From Candidatus Omnitrophota bacterium (GTDB lineage: Bacteria; Omnitrophota; Gorgyraeia; Duberdicusellales; 4484-171): 64,000 nucleotides of DNA. The notes under the pieces are model-generated. The model searched no databases. It was not told the DNA's origin and saw only the letters and a program-made list of their open reading frames with translations. Shown here one piece after another: positions 9,709 to 19,725 of this stretch; position 1 is the stretch's first letter; every line of letters begins with the position of its first letter. The stretch lies in assembly GCA_003154195.1 (NCBI GenBank), contig PMCS01000008.1:15366-79365 (forward strand), given 5' to 3'. The translations under genes were made by a program, and so were the position numbers.

Positions 9709-10374
9709 CTATTTTCTCAAAAGAGGGTCGATAATGTTTAGCCGCCGGAACGCCTCGGTTCTAAACCGGCAGCTATCGCATTGAAGACACGGTTTTTTGC
9801 CGCCGGAGTAACATGACCAGGTATACCGGAAGGGAACCTTTAATTTCAAACCCAATTTAATAATATCTTTTTTGCTTTTATCGATCAGGGGAGCGGAAAT
9901 CTTTATTTTCGAATCCTTCATCCCCAGATTAACGGCCTGGTTGAAATTCCACAAAAACTCGGGACGGCAATCGGGATAACCGGAATAATCACAGGTATGG
10001 GCACCGATAAAAATAGTCTCCGCGCCTATGCTCTCGGCTAAAGAAAAAGCATAACTTAGAAAAATAATATTGCGGCCGGCGACATAGGTAGCAGGAATAT
10101 CTTTTTTGTTTAAATTGCGCGACAGAGGGACAACAATCTTGCTATCAGTAAGGCTCGATTTCGTCCAACCCAAATCTATTTTTGCTGTGTAAAAATCGAT
10201 ATGGTTGAGACGGCAAAGCTTTATCGCGTATTCTATTTCTTTTTTGTGCCTCTGCGCATAATCAAAAATCAAGGCATCCGGCCGAAAGCCCCGGCTCCGG
10301 GCGTAATAAAGGGTGACTGCCGAGTCCAGCCCCCCTGATAAAAGAATGACGCCTTTTTTATTATTTTTTTTCAT
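9709..10374 (-). CDS. queC: 7-cyano-7-deazaguanine synthase
   Basis: Motif VILLSGGLDSAV and the C-terminal zinc motif CLQCDSCRFR. Confidence 0.88.
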   Translation of the reverse strand: MKKNNKKGVILLSGGLDSAVTLYYARSRGFRPDALIFDYAQRHKKEIEYAIKLCRLNHIDFYTAKIDLGWTKSSLTDSKIVVPLSRNLNKKDIPATYVAGRNIIFLSYAFSLAESIGAETIFIGAHTCDYSGYPDCRPEFLWNFNQAVNLGMKDSKIKISAPLIDKSKKDIIKLGLKLKVPFRYTWSCYSGGKKPCLQCDSCRFRTEAFRRLNIIDPLLRK

Positions 10375-10397
10375 CGCGTACCGGCGAGGTTGGATTG

Positions 10398-10826
10398 TTA
10401 AAGTTTTTTATTTTTAAGCTTTTTAGCCGGCCGAGGAGATGTGTCGTCCGAATAAATCGCGCAGGAATTGGCCGTCTCCCAGACTCGCACTTCGTCCAGC
10501 CGGCAGTTATTTTTCACGATGTCGTCTTTTAATTTTTCAAATAGATAGCGGGAAATTTCTTCGCAGCTGGGGTTAACGTTTCCTCCGTAAGAAACAGAAA
10601 AATATTCCAATTCGTTAAGATGTTTATGGTCAAGTTTTTCCAAAACTCTATTGACGATAATTTTTAATTCACCGAAATCAATAACCATACCCGCCCGATC
10701 AAGCTCCCGGGAAGAAATAATAACTTCCACTTTCCAATTATGGCCGTGCAGGGATTCGCACTTACCTTTATACTCCCGCAGGCTGTGCGCGGCGCTGAAA
10801 TTAGAAATCACTTTGATTTTATACAT
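10398..10826 (-). CDS. queD: 6-carboxy-5,6,7,8-tetrahydropterin synthase
   Basis: 142 aa. Motif SAAHSL...LHGHNW typical of the PTPS/QueD family. Confidence 0.8.
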   Translation of the reverse strand: MYKIKVISNFSAAHSLREYKGKCESLHGHNWKVEVIISSRELDRAGMVIDFGELKIIVNRVLEKLDHKHLNELEYFSVSYGGNVNPSCEEISRYLFEKLKDDIVKNNCRLDEVRVWETANSCAIYSDDTSPRPAKKLKNKKL

Positions 10827-10839
10827 AGATTAATAAGTT

Positions 10840-10945
10840 TAGCCGGTTTTGCCGGTTGGGCACATTAACCGGTTAAGTAGGTTTAGCCGGTTAAATGATT
10901 TTTTAACTGGCTAAACCGGCTCAACCAGCTAAACCGGTGAAACAT
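10840..10945. repeat. Intergenic word-palindrome (ccggtt/aaccgg words)
   Basis: ttagccggttttgccggttgggc...ggtttagccggttaa ... ttaactggctaaaccggctcaaccagctaaaccggtg. Confidence 0.7.
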
Positions 10946-10948
10946 AGA

Positions 10949-11743
10949 TCACACATTCACTACTTTCGGTATCGCGATCTCCCGCCCTAAAAATAGCTTC
11001 GCCATCTTGGCAAAGCCCTTAGGCTCATCGGAAACATAAAATTCCACCCTACCCCGGCGGCGGCGGTTATTAAAAATATTACATTGCGCGATAATCTCCT
11101 GAGTATGGATACTCACGGCTTGCGCGGAATCAATGATTTTAACCCCGCGTAAATATCCGGATATTTCTTTTTTAAGCAACGGGTAATGCGTGCAGCCTAA
11201 AATCAACGTGTCGATACCGGCGTGTTTAAAATCCTTAAGATACATGTCGACAATATCCTCAACCAGTTTGCCTTTTAGAATACCTTCTTCCACCAACGGC
11301 ACAAAAAGCGGGCAGGCACGGGAATAAACCTTAGCCTTTGGCTCTTTAGAAAGGATAACCTTATCATAGCTTAAGCTTTTTATCGTAGAACGCGTCCCGA
11401 TAATGCCGATGCGTTTATTGCGGGAAACCTGCGCAGCCAAACGCGCTCCCGCTTCGATAACGCCGAAAACAGGGATATTAAATACCCCTGACAGATAATC
11501 GAGCGCCAGGGCTGAAGCGGTGTTGCAGGCGACCACAACAATTTTTACTTTTTTCTTTAAAAGAAATAATATATTTTCCGTGCTAAATTTGACAATCGTC
11601 TCCCGGGACTTATTACCGTAGGGGACGCGCGCGGTATCGCCGAAATAAATGATATTCTCACCCGGTAATGCCTTTTCGATTTGCCGCAATACCGTCAACC
11701 CGCCTACGCCTGAATCGAAAATACCGATAGGATTGTTCTTCAT
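10949..11743 (-). CDS. murI: Glutamate racemase
   Basis: Motifs IGIFDSGVGGLTV, VVACNTAS and GCTHYP. Confidence 0.88.
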   Translation of the reverse strand: MKNNPIGIFDSGVGGLTVLRQIEKALPGENIIYFGDTARVPYGNKSRETIVKFSTENILFLLKKKVKIVVVACNTASALALDYLSGVFNIPVFGVIEAGARLAAQVSRNKRIGIIGTRSTIKSLSYDKVILSKEPKAKVYSRACPLFVPLVEEGILKGKLVEDIVDMYLKDFKHAGIDTLILGCTHYPLLKKEISGYLRGVKIIDSAQAVSIHTQEIIAQCNIFNNRRRRGRVEFYVSDEPKGFAKMAKLFLGREIAIPKVVNV

Positions 11744-11772
11744 ATCTCCCCTCTCATTATTAAAATTTCATT

Positions 11773-12843
11773 TTAATAAGAATCATGTTTTCTTGCGATA
11801 TCTCCAGCAGAAGCCAAATATGACGAATACCGTTTGTTCAAAGAAACTACCCCCAAAGCGATCGCCTCGGCAATCTGCCTTTGATAATAATCTTTCCTAA
11901 GGCTTTTTTCTTCATAATGGTTGCTCAGGTACCCGATCTCAACCAGAACTGAAGGTACATAGGCAAGCCGAAGCACATAAAACGGCGCGCGCTTGGGCAA
12001 CGCGATTTTAAAACCCATATTTTTAAAAAACTGATATAGCGTATTAGTCAACGTTACGGAGAGCGAATAATTTTTTGTCAAAAGTAAATCCCACAATATC
12101 GCCTCTCCGGCAACCGGGATATCCCCCCGGCCGAATTCTTTGTCCAATCCTCTTGTCCGGGCAAGTTCTAATGCCCGGGATTGGCTCTGGAGGCGGTTAG
12201 GAGTAAGATAATAAACTTCCAAACCGTTAAGCCGCCGGGATTCGCTCGAGTTAGAATGAATACTTATAAAGATATCAGCATTACGTTTCCTGGCTACTTC
12301 CACCCGCTCCTGCAATTCAAGAAATATATCGCAGGAACGCGTCAAAAAAACCCGGAACCCCCGGCGGCTCAACTCCTCTTCAAGATATTTGGCGACCTTA
12401 AGATTAAGGTCCTTCTCTTTCATCCCCGAAACCGATGTAGCGCCGGGATCCTTACCGCCGTGGCCGGGATCGATCACGATGGTTTTTACGGCAAAAACCG
12501 GCCTTTGATAAATATCTTCATTTAAAAAAATGATCTCTTCCAATTGGCGCGGGATAAATATTTTCCCGGCGGCATAGAACGGCCGCTTTACCAGATTAAA
12601 AATCTTACCGTTGCAATAACCGGCGGCGGAATTCAAAATCAGGCGGATTTCTTTGTCACCGCCATATATTTTTACCATATCGTCGATGGTATCAAAATCA
12701 TAGCGCAGGCTGTGTTTCGCGCATAAATCGCTAACCTCGATAAAATCGGCCGACGAAGCGCCGACGCCGCCCGGCCGGTAAGAAACAGTAGCGCAGGCTG
12801 ACAATAGCATAACCGCGCTGAGTAAAAACAACTTCCGCACCAT
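11773..12843 (-). CDS. N-acetylmuramoyl-L-alanine amidase (Amidase_3)
   Basis: Lipoprotein-like N-terminus LLSACAT. Catalytic domain VIDPGHGGKDPGA...ISIHSNSS. Confidence 0.8.
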   Translation of the reverse strand: MVRKLFLLSAVMLLSACATVSYRPGGVGASSADFIEVSDLCAKHSLRYDFDTIDDMVKIYGGDKEIRLILNSAAGYCNGKIFNLVKRPFYAAGKIFIPRQLEEIIFLNEDIYQRPVFAVKTIVIDPGHGGKDPGATSVSGMKEKDLNLKVAKYLEEELSRRGFRVFLTRSCDIFLELQERVEVARKRNADIFISIHSNSSESRRLNGLEVYYLTPNRLQSQSRALELARTRGLDKEFGRGDIPVAGEAILWDLLLTKNYSLSVTLTNTLYQFFKNMGFKIALPKRAPFYVLRLAYVPSVLVEIGYLSNHYEEKSLRKDYYQRQIAEAIALGVVSLNKRYSSYLASAGDIARKHDSY

Positions 12844-13070
12844 AATATTATTATACCATTTTGGATAAATCTTTCATTAGAAAAACAATGCACAACCGAA
12901 AAAATGCCTGCTCGCTTATCTCACTCGATCCGTCTCGCTCGCCTCTAGGCAAGCCGAGGACCTTCAGCTTGCCGAAGCGGACACGAATCGAAGCGGGCTC
13001 GCCTCGCTTTGCGGACGAAGCGGACAGTTAGGGAGGCGCGCGGCGTATTTTTCCGGTTAATCCGCTTCTT

Positions 13071-14768
13071 CTAAATCTCTCTCCGGGAAAGTTCACTGAG
13101 GCTGGATTTATAATTACCCCGCAATATCGAAAGGATAACAAAAACTGCCGTAACGCTTACCGCCAGAGACAGCGTAAACGCACGGGAAAATCCGTCGGTA
13201 AGAAAATAATTGGCGGGGACTCCCACCAGAACAATCACAATCGTCACAAAAATCAGTTCGCGGATAAGGCACAAAAACCCTTTCGCGCTTAACGCGAAAT
13301 CTAAAGGCGTTTGAATCGAAAAATCGGCCTGCCGCATCCCCCAACTCAAAGCGATAAGGACAACCCCCCAACACAATAATCCGGTCGTAACCGCGCAAAC
13401 CAGGATAAAAATAAATTTTATACGCAGGATAAGGCAGGAAACTACCGTCAAAACCTCGCCCAATAAAAACAGCGGGATAAACCCTAAAAGAAATTTCGCT
13501 TTCAGGAAATCACCGAGAGGGATCAGCGAGTTTTTAATCAATTTAAAATTGTTTGCCTCAACGCTGACGCTGGGAAATACCCAACGGCCGCTTAATGCCG
13601 CGACCACTACCGAAGAATAGAAAAAATTAAAGAGGTAAATATAAAGGAAAGAAAAGATCGGGTCGGCGCCGGCCTTGCGCGCGCCGGCATCAATCTGGTA
13701 AACACTGTAAAAATAGATAAAACTTAAAGGGATAAAGATCAGGAGCGAACCCTTCTCCACGATATCCCGGTAAAAAGTTAACAGGTCTTTACGGATAAAC
13801 CCACGCAATGAACGCGGAAAAATATTAAGCAAGGCCTGCCAGCTGAACTTTTTATTAACAACCGCTGACATCACCGCCGCGTCCTCCCATATACGTTTAT
13901 AAAAAAGATTGGCTAAAAGATACAGCGAAACCAACAGCGCCATCGCCAGGATAAAAAGACCGGAAAAATTGGCCACGATGCCTTTAGTATCTCCCCGGGT
14001 TTGCGCGACGATCATGCCGGTCAACCATTCACTGGGAAAAATAGTCATCCACGGTTTGTGCAGGTTTTGCACAAAATTAAGCAAGCGCATTTTTCCTTCA
14101 CCGGTTACGACCTGCTCCGGCTGCATCAACCGGATTAAAACAACCAGGATACTGCCGGTCAAAAGGCCGATAACGGTAAGTACCCCCCGCGCCCGGACAA
14201 AAGAGACGAAACACGAAATCACGATGACTGTAATCGCGGCCAGGGATACGGGAATCAGAAGAAATACGGCAAAACCGATACCAGCCGTAAGATAGGTCGC
14301 TAAACCGATATTAAAATAATTCTGTAGCGCCGCGATAAAAGTCATAAAGCCCAGAAATACCATCCAGCAGGTATAAAAATACACCTGGATAAACTTCACG
14401 GAAAAAATCGATAACCGGTTGACCGGAAAAGAAAAGTAAAAATAGACTTCCTCTTTTTGGAACAAAAAGGAAAGAGTCATCACCACCGCGCTATAAAAAA
14501 TCAACGGTAAGAACATCAGGAGAGTAAAGGAAAGAAAGAAAAAAGCAAAATCCAAAGCTGGCAGGCTTTTTTGGGCGACGAAACGAAACATCGTAGTTAA
14601 AAAAATATAGATTAAAACCAGGCCGAAAAGGACAATAAGCGGGTGCATGATATCCCCGCATAAAAACTCTCTCCGGTTTTTTTTAAAAGAATTATTTAAA
14701 ATCTTAAACTGAATGTTAAGCCAGCTCAAAACAAACATATTTTTTGCTCCGCAAAAAATATCCGGCAT
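13071..14768 (-). CDS. Polytopic membrane protein, putative ABC-type permease
   Basis: 565 aa with more than 10 predicted transmembrane helices, downstream of an ABC ATPase. The start is uncertain; an alternative is MHPLIV at about 14648. Confidence 0.4.
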   Translation of the reverse strand: MPDIFCGAKNMFVLSWLNIQFKILNNSFKKNRREFLCGDIMHPLIVLFGLVLIYIFLTTMFRFVAQKSLPALDFAFFFLSFTLLMFLPLIFYSAVVMTLSFLFQKEEVYFYFSFPVNRLSIFSVKFIQVYFYTCWMVFLGFMTFIAALQNYFNIGLATYLTAGIGFAVFLLIPVSLAAITVIVISCFVSFVRARGVLTVIGLLTGSILVVLIRLMQPEQVVTGEGKMRLLNFVQNLHKPWMTIFPSEWLTGMIVAQTRGDTKGIVANFSGLFILAMALLVSLYLLANLFYKRIWEDAAVMSAVVNKKFSWQALLNIFPRSLRGFIRKDLLTFYRDIVEKGSLLIFIPLSFIYFYSVYQIDAGARKAGADPIFSFLYIYLFNFFYSSVVVAALSGRWVFPSVSVEANNFKLIKNSLIPLGDFLKAKFLLGFIPLFLLGEVLTVVSCLILRIKFIFILVCAVTTGLLCWGVVLIALSWGMRQADFSIQTPLDFALSAKGFLCLIRELIFVTIVIVLVGVPANYFLTDGFSRAFTLSLAVSVTAVFVILSILRGNYKSSLSELSRREI

Positions 14769-14943
14769 CCGCTTCGCGGATGAAAAAAAGGAAATATACC
14801 CACCGGAGGAATATCATCCACTAGCCATTACCTCATACCTAACCGGTTTTCTTTAAGCTATAAGATAATCGGTTATCCCAAAGCACGCAGGCATTTTCCG
14901 GGTTAAGGGAAAGTTTGAAAACCGCAAGGTTTTCATTCATCTA

Positions 14944-14982
14944 ATTCAGCCGGTAGCCTCCTTCGGAGGCGATCAGCTGAAT
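14944..14982 (-). terminator. GC hairpin overlapping the stop of the ABC ATPase gene
   Basis: attcagc cggta gcctcc ttcg gaggc gatca gctgaat. The inner perfect stem gcctcc/ggaggc has a tetraloop, and a second hairpin gaaaacc..ggttttc lies just 3' on the transcript. Confidence 0.4.
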
Positions 14983-15737
14983 CAGGAGATATATTTTAAA
15001 AGCTCGGTGTATTTCTCGCCGCCGGTCAACTCCAGGAACAGATCTTCCAGATTATTACTCGCGCCGCCGGCGGCAGCCTTCAATTCTGCCAAAGACCCGG
15101 AAGCGATCTGTTTCCCCTTGTGGATGACCACAACCCGCCGGCATAGTTTTTCGGCAATCTCTAAAATATGCGTGGAAAGCAATATCGACGCCCCTTTTTT
15201 TGCCAGGCCCAGTAAGTATTCTTTGACCAACCGGCTGCTTTTCGGGTCAAGATTAAGCAGTGGTTCATCCAGGACGATGATTTTAGGCGAATGCAACAGC
15301 ATCGCCGCGAAAGTCATTTTCTGCCTCAAACCCCGGGGGTACCCTTCCATGATCTCATCCAGCCAAAAAGTAAGTTCCAGCGCCTTTTCTAATTCGGATA
15401 TCTTTTGTTTTATTTTTTGCTCGTCCAGCTTATAAAGCGAACCCACGAACATCAGGAATTCCCTCCCCGTGAGCCGGGGATAGAGAAACGGAGTATCCGG
15501 GATATATCCGATTTTGCCTTTTATATCGTCGCCGCCCCTGGTGAGACTTACACCGTCGATCTCCACATCGCCAGAATCCGGACGCCAGATACCGGCAATG
15601 ATATTTAAAAGAGTGGTCTTCCCCGCGCCGTTGGGGCCGACTAACCCTAAAATCATATTATCTTCTACTTCAAAATCGATGTTTTCCAAAATAACGTTAG
15701 CGTTGATTTTTTTACTTACCTTTTTTACTTTAATCAT
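14982..15737 (-). CDS. ABC transporter ATP-binding protein
   Basis: Walker A GPNGAGKTT, signature-like LSTH, Walker B ILLDEP. Confidence 0.85.
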   Translation of the reverse strand: MIKVKKVSKKINANVILENIDFEVEDNMILGLVGPNGAGKTTLLNIIAGIWRPDSGDVEIDGVSLTRGGDDIKGKIGYIPDTPFLYPRLTGREFLMFVGSLYKLDEQKIKQKISELEKALELTFWLDEIMEGYPRGLRQKMTFAAMLLHSPKIIVLDEPLLNLDPKSSRLVKEYLLGLAKKGASILLSTHILEIAEKLCRRVVVIHKGKQIASGSLAELKAAAGGASNNLEDLFLELTGGEKYTELLKYIS

Positions 15738-15739
15738 GA

Positions 15740-16198
15740 TTATTTGCCTTTTTTAGTTTTCCCGAATCCCGCGCCGCCGGATTTTGATTTTTTAGCTTTG
15801 CCGGCGGTTCCGATTTCATTATTTTTGATAATCTCTTTCAGAAAAATCCGGCCCCAGCCGATAAGTTTTTTATCGGCGAATACAAAAGGAGTCAGGTCAT
15901 CGTCACTTATGGTACCATCCTCGTACCGGTCGTCCGTCGCGTAGTAAAAAACTTCGAAAGTTTTATCCTTGCCCTGCAATATTTCCGAACGATAAGGATT
16001 GTTGATGGTCAGCGAAGTAAAAAGATCTGTTTGAATCACCCTGGTCCTGTGGCCCATTATTTTAAACACACCCGATTTATCCATGCCGACCGAAAGCTTT
16101 GTTGAATTTATCCGGTTCAGCGCCGTTACGTTTTCCACGGTAGAACAACCGCCGGCAATCAGTGCCAGAGTAAATAAAAATACTATCCTTTTTTTCAT
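15740..16198 (-). CDS. Lipoprotein with an SmpA/OmlA (BamE-like) motif
   Basis: Lipobox LIAGGC. The segment LSVGMDKSGVFKIMGHRTRV resembles the BamE L-x-GM-x-K-x-V motif. Lys/Gly-rich tail. Confidence 0.4.
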   Translation of the reverse strand: MKKRIVFLFTLALIAGGCSTVENVTALNRINSTKLSVGMDKSGVFKIMGHRTRVIQTDLFTSLTINNPYRSEILQGKDKTFEVFYYATDDRYEDGTISDDDLTPFVFADKKLIGWGRIFLKEIIKNNEIGTAGKAKKSKSGGAGFGKTKKGK

Positions 16199-16304
16199 AT
16201 TTAGCTCCTTTAAGATTATATAATGCGCGAAAACAACTCCTATTTTCTATATATATTCTACCTCATTTTTCTATTTAAAAGCAGGATTATTTATAAGCCA
16301 GGCT

Positions 16305-17981
16305 TTACGCCGGCGCGGCTGATCGGCCTAAGATATCTTTCAAATCCTGTTCCGGGTTTGCAATCGGCTTAATATTGAAATTTTTCACTAATATCTCAAG
16401 CACCCCGGGCGACACAAACACCGGTAGGCTCGGGCCCAAGCGTACATTCTTAATCCCCAGCGATAATAATGTAATCAAAATGCACACCGCCTTCTGTTCG
16501 TACCAGGATAAAACCAGCGAAAGCGGCAAATCGTTTACCGTGCACTTAAACGCTTCGGCTAACGCAACCGCAATCACAATCGCGGAGTAAGCATCGTTAC
16601 ACTGGCCGCAATCCAGGAGGCGCGGGATACCGCCGATATCGCCAAACTCAAGCGTATTAAACCGGAATTTTCCGCAAGCCAGGGTCAAAACCACGCAATC
16701 CTGAGGAACTTTTTGGGCAAATTCGGTATAATAGTTTCTCCCCGGTTTAGCGCCGTCACAACCGCCGATAAGAAAAAAATGTTTTATTTTTCCACCCTTC
16801 ACCGCTTCAATGATTTGAGGTGCAGCGCCTAAGACAGCCTTGTGCGCAAAACCGACTAAAATATTTTTTCCGGGGCGGCCCTCTTTAAACCCGCCCAGTT
16901 CTTTAGCTTTAGCGATCAGGCGGCTAAAATCTTTTTTGCCACCCTTTGCCTCGATATGGGCCACATCCGGCCAGCGCACCAGGCCGGTAGTAAACATTTT
17001 ATCCTTATAGGAATTAGACGGCTTTTGAATGCAATTAGTCGTCATCAAAATCGCGCCGGGAAGTTCACTGAATTCTTTTTGTTGATTTTGCCAGGCGGTC
17101 CCGTAATGGCCCGCCAGATGCTTATACTTATTCAGGGCGGGATAACCGTGAGCGGAAAGCATCTCGCCATGGGTATAAACGCTAACGCCGCTACCCTCGG
17201 TTTGTTCTAATAATTGCTTTAAATCAAGTAAATCGTGGCCGGAGATAACGATTGCCGGGCCGCTTTTTACGCCCAGAGAAACTTTCGTCGGCACGGGATT
17301 ACCAAGATGCTGAACGTGCGCGCCATCCAGCACCTTAAGACAGGTGAAGTTAACCTTACCGAATTCTAAAACCAGAGCAGTTAACGCCTTCGCGCTTAAA
17401 GAATCGTCGTCCAGGGCGGTTAAGCCTTTGTAAAAAAAAGCGTAGACTTCTTCATCGCCGGCGCCAAGAATTGCGGCGTGATCCGCATAAGCCGCCATCC
17501 CTTTCATCCCATAGAGCAATAATTCACGCAGGCTGCGGATGTCCCCGTCTAAACCGGCGCCGGACAAAATTCCCACCCCCTCGCCTTGAGCTATTAACCC
17601 CGGTAAACTATCAAGCGGTTTAAATTTAGCGGCGTCGGGAACCGTTTCGTTAAATTCTTTGCCGTTTTCCTCTCGATACGCTTCTTGAAATAATTTCTTT
17701 AGCGTTTCTTTATGTTCATACGCCTTTAAAATAAGCTTTTGGATTTCAACGGGGTCAAAATCAACATTAGTCACGGTAGCGAACAAAGCTTCGGCGACAA
17801 ATAAATCTATCGCCGCGTCTTTGACCCCCCAAGTCCGCGCCTTATCGCCGTAAAATCCTAAGCCTTTTAAGGCAAAAATAAGTAAGTCCTGTAAAATAGC
17901 GGTATCGTTGGTTTTACCGCACACACCCTGCACCGTACAGCCCTTACCGCCGCCGGTCTGTTCGCATTGTCGACAAAACAT
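16305..17981 (-). CDS. hcp: Hybrid-cluster protein / hydroxylamine reductase
   Basis: 558 aa. N-terminal Cys cluster CRQCEQTGGGKGCTVQGVCGK and C-terminal hybrid-cluster Cys/Glu residues. Strong SD sequence aggaggtaaaaatATG. Confidence 0.9.
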   Translation of the reverse strand: MFCRQCEQTGGGKGCTVQGVCGKTNDTAILQDLLIFALKGLGFYGDKARTWGVKDAAIDLFVAEALFATVTNVDFDPVEIQKLILKAYEHKETLKKLFQEAYREENGKEFNETVPDAAKFKPLDSLPGLIAQGEGVGILSGAGLDGDIRSLRELLLYGMKGMAAYADHAAILGAGDEEVYAFFYKGLTALDDDSLSAKALTALVLEFGKVNFTCLKVLDGAHVQHLGNPVPTKVSLGVKSGPAIVISGHDLLDLKQLLEQTEGSGVSVYTHGEMLSAHGYPALNKYKHLAGHYGTAWQNQQKEFSELPGAILMTTNCIQKPSNSYKDKMFTTGLVRWPDVAHIEAKGGKKDFSRLIAKAKELGGFKEGRPGKNILVGFAHKAVLGAAPQIIEAVKGGKIKHFFLIGGCDGAKPGRNYYTEFAQKVPQDCVVLTLACGKFRFNTLEFGDIGGIPRLLDCGQCNDAYSAIVIAVALAEAFKCTVNDLPLSLVLSWYEQKAVCILITLLSLGIKNVRLGPSLPVFVSPGVLEILVKNFNIKPIANPEQDLKDILGRSAAPA

Positions 17982-18022
17982 ATTTTTACCTCCTAATTAA
18001 CGCAGATGATCACAGATAAAAA

Positions 18023-18358
18023 TCAGCGATCATCCCCGCCTTTAATCATCACTAACATCATTTTAAATCTCTTCGCCGCTTTTACGCTATGGAGTTTGCC
18101 GGCGGGAAGAATAATCGATTGGCTGCGGCTGACGCGAAAAAACTTCTTTTCGATAGAGATGAGCGCTTCCCCGTCCATAATGCTGATTAAAGCGTCAAAG
18201 GGAGCGGTATGTTCGCTTAAACCCTGCCCCCTATCGAAAGCGAACAAGGTAACCGTTCCGGCCTTACGGTTTATCATCGCCTGGCTGACAATCGAATCGC
18301 GTTCATAAGAAACGGAATCTTTTAAAGAAATCACTTTAGCGGAAAAATCTTTCTTCAT
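18023..18358 (-). CDS. Cupin-domain protein
   Basis: 111 aa. His/Glu-containing beta-barrel segment GQGLSEHTAPFDALISIMDGEALI. Confidence 0.55.
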   Translation of the reverse strand: MKKDFSAKVISLKDSVSYERDSIVSQAMINRKAGTVTLFAFDRGQGLSEHTAPFDALISIMDGEALISIEKKFFRVSRSQSIILPAGKLHSVKAAKRFKMMLVMIKGGDDR

Positions 18359-18462
18359 TAATCAACCTCCTTGATAAAAAGTATCATCGAAACTAAAAAC
18401 TTAAAACCTTAACCTTACCAGTGCGAAGTCTCCCCGAAGGGGGCAAAGACGCTGAGAAAATA

Positions 18463-19284
18463 TTAATTGCCCCTTACAATCCCGCCCTTAAGGCTCACCT
18501 TAATACAGGTAATGGGTATTTTATTCTTTGCCTTATCGCAAGCTTGCTGGGCGAGATACAATAAACCGCCGCAGCAGGGAACTTCCATAATCATCACCGT
18601 CAGTGATTTGATCTTCGCCTTATCAATCAAACCAACGATCTTTTCAATATAACGTTCCTTATCGCCGTCGAGTTTGGGACAGGCAATCGCCAACGGCTTG
18701 CCTTTCAAATAATCTTTATGAAAATCAGCAGCGGCATAAGCCACACAATCGGCGCAAAGCAAAACATCTTTCCCCTGAAAATAAGGCGCCTGCGCCGAAA
18801 CCAGATGCAATTGCACCGGCCACTGCCGAAGTTGAGATTTGCGCGCACCGTCTTCCGCCTCATCAATTTGCGCTTCGCCGGGAAAATCCCTCATTGCCAC
18901 CCCGGGACAGGAACAGGCCTCGCCTTTCTTTAACAAACTTACCTTAATATTATTATCCGCTGACAAATCCATCGCCTCCCTTAAGTATTCTTTCTGGCCA
19001 TGGTCTTTCAAATGTTTCAGGTGGGCAATAATCACTTCCTGCCCGCCTTGAGCAATATTTTTCATCGTTTCTTTTTCGCTATAAGCACAGGCTTCCCTCT
19101 CCATGATAGAGATTGCTTTTTCAGGGCATTGGCCGATACAAGCCCCTAACCCGTCGCAGAATATCTCCGCGGCCAGCTTTGCTTTGCCGTTGATTATCTG
19201 GATTGCCCCCTCCGGGCACCCAGAAGCGCAAACCCCACATCCATTGCATTTTTCTTCGTCGATAGTAATTATCTTACGTTTCAT
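18463..19284 (-). CDS. 4Fe-4S dicluster ferredoxin-domain protein with a Cys-rich C-terminal domain
   Basis: Two cluster motifs, CNGCGVCASGCP and CDGLGACIGQCP, plus further Cys pairs (CSCPG, CADC, VPCCGG). Confidence 0.65.
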   Translation of the reverse strand: MKRKIITIDEEKCNGCGVCASGCPEGAIQIINGKAKLAAEIFCDGLGACIGQCPEKAISIMEREACAYSEKETMKNIAQGGQEVIIAHLKHLKDHGQKEYLREAMDLSADNNIKVSLLKKGEACSCPGVAMRDFPGEAQIDEAEDGARKSQLRQWPVQLHLVSAQAPYFQGKDVLLCADCVAYAAADFHKDYLKGKPLAIACPKLDGDKERYIEKIVGLIDKAKIKSLTVMIMEVPCCGGLLYLAQQACDKAKNKIPITCIKVSLKGGIVRGN

Positions 19285-19293
19285 CGATTACCC

Positions 19294-19692
19294 TCAAATC
19301 ATCAAATCCCGAATAGTTATATTTTCGAATTCCTTTATAACCTTACGCTCGATACATCTTATTTTCTTACGCAACGAGCAGTTCGCCCGGTTAGCGCAGA
19401 CTATCCTTCGAAACATGCATTGTGAAAACTCGATTTTTCCCTGGAATAATTCCATAATCGCGGCCAAGCTTATTCGCTCCGGAGTTTTCAGGATAGCGCT
19501 CCCGCCATCAATACCCTCTTTAGCCTGGATAATCCGCTCTTTTATCAAAGTTTGCAAGATTCTTCGTAAAAACGGCAATGGTATTTTCTGGCTTTCGGCA
19601 ATGCGACGCGAAGAAAAAAATTTTCCCCGTCGCTTCGCCAGATAGGCCAGCGCCCTTACCGCGTAATCCGTGTGTTTCGTTATCAACTTCAT
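19294..19692 (-). CDS. Rrf2-family transcriptional regulator (NsrR/IscR-like)
   Basis: Rrf2 wHTH MKLITKHTDYAVRALAYLAK plus three Cys (CMFRRIVCANRANCS) for an Fe-S cluster. It heads the ferredoxin-cupin-hcp gene string. Confidence 0.8.
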   Translation of the reverse strand: MKLITKHTDYAVRALAYLAKRRGKFFSSRRIAESQKIPLPFLRRILQTLIKERIIQAKEGIDGGSAILKTPERISLAAIMELFQGKIEFSQCMFRRIVCANRANCSLRKKIRCIERKVIKEFENITIRDLMI

Positions 19693-19713
19693 CTAATACT
19701 ATTTTAGTATTAG
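19693..19713. promoter_or_regulatory. Perfect palindrome abutting the Rrf2 start codon (ctaatact atttt agtattag)
   Basis: 8-bp arms around a 5-bp centre, immediately 5' of the ATG at 19690-19692. Candidate operator. Confidence 0.4.
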
Positions 19714-19725
19714 TTTAATAAAATG

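Noticed and set aside
10827-10948. preQ1 riboswitch upstream of queD, or SAM riboswitch upstream of metF
   Set aside because: The leader is occupied by a word-palindrome. No preQ1-I hairpin with an A-rich tail and no SAM-I four-way junction consensus could be recognised by eye. A covariance-model scan would be needed to be sure.
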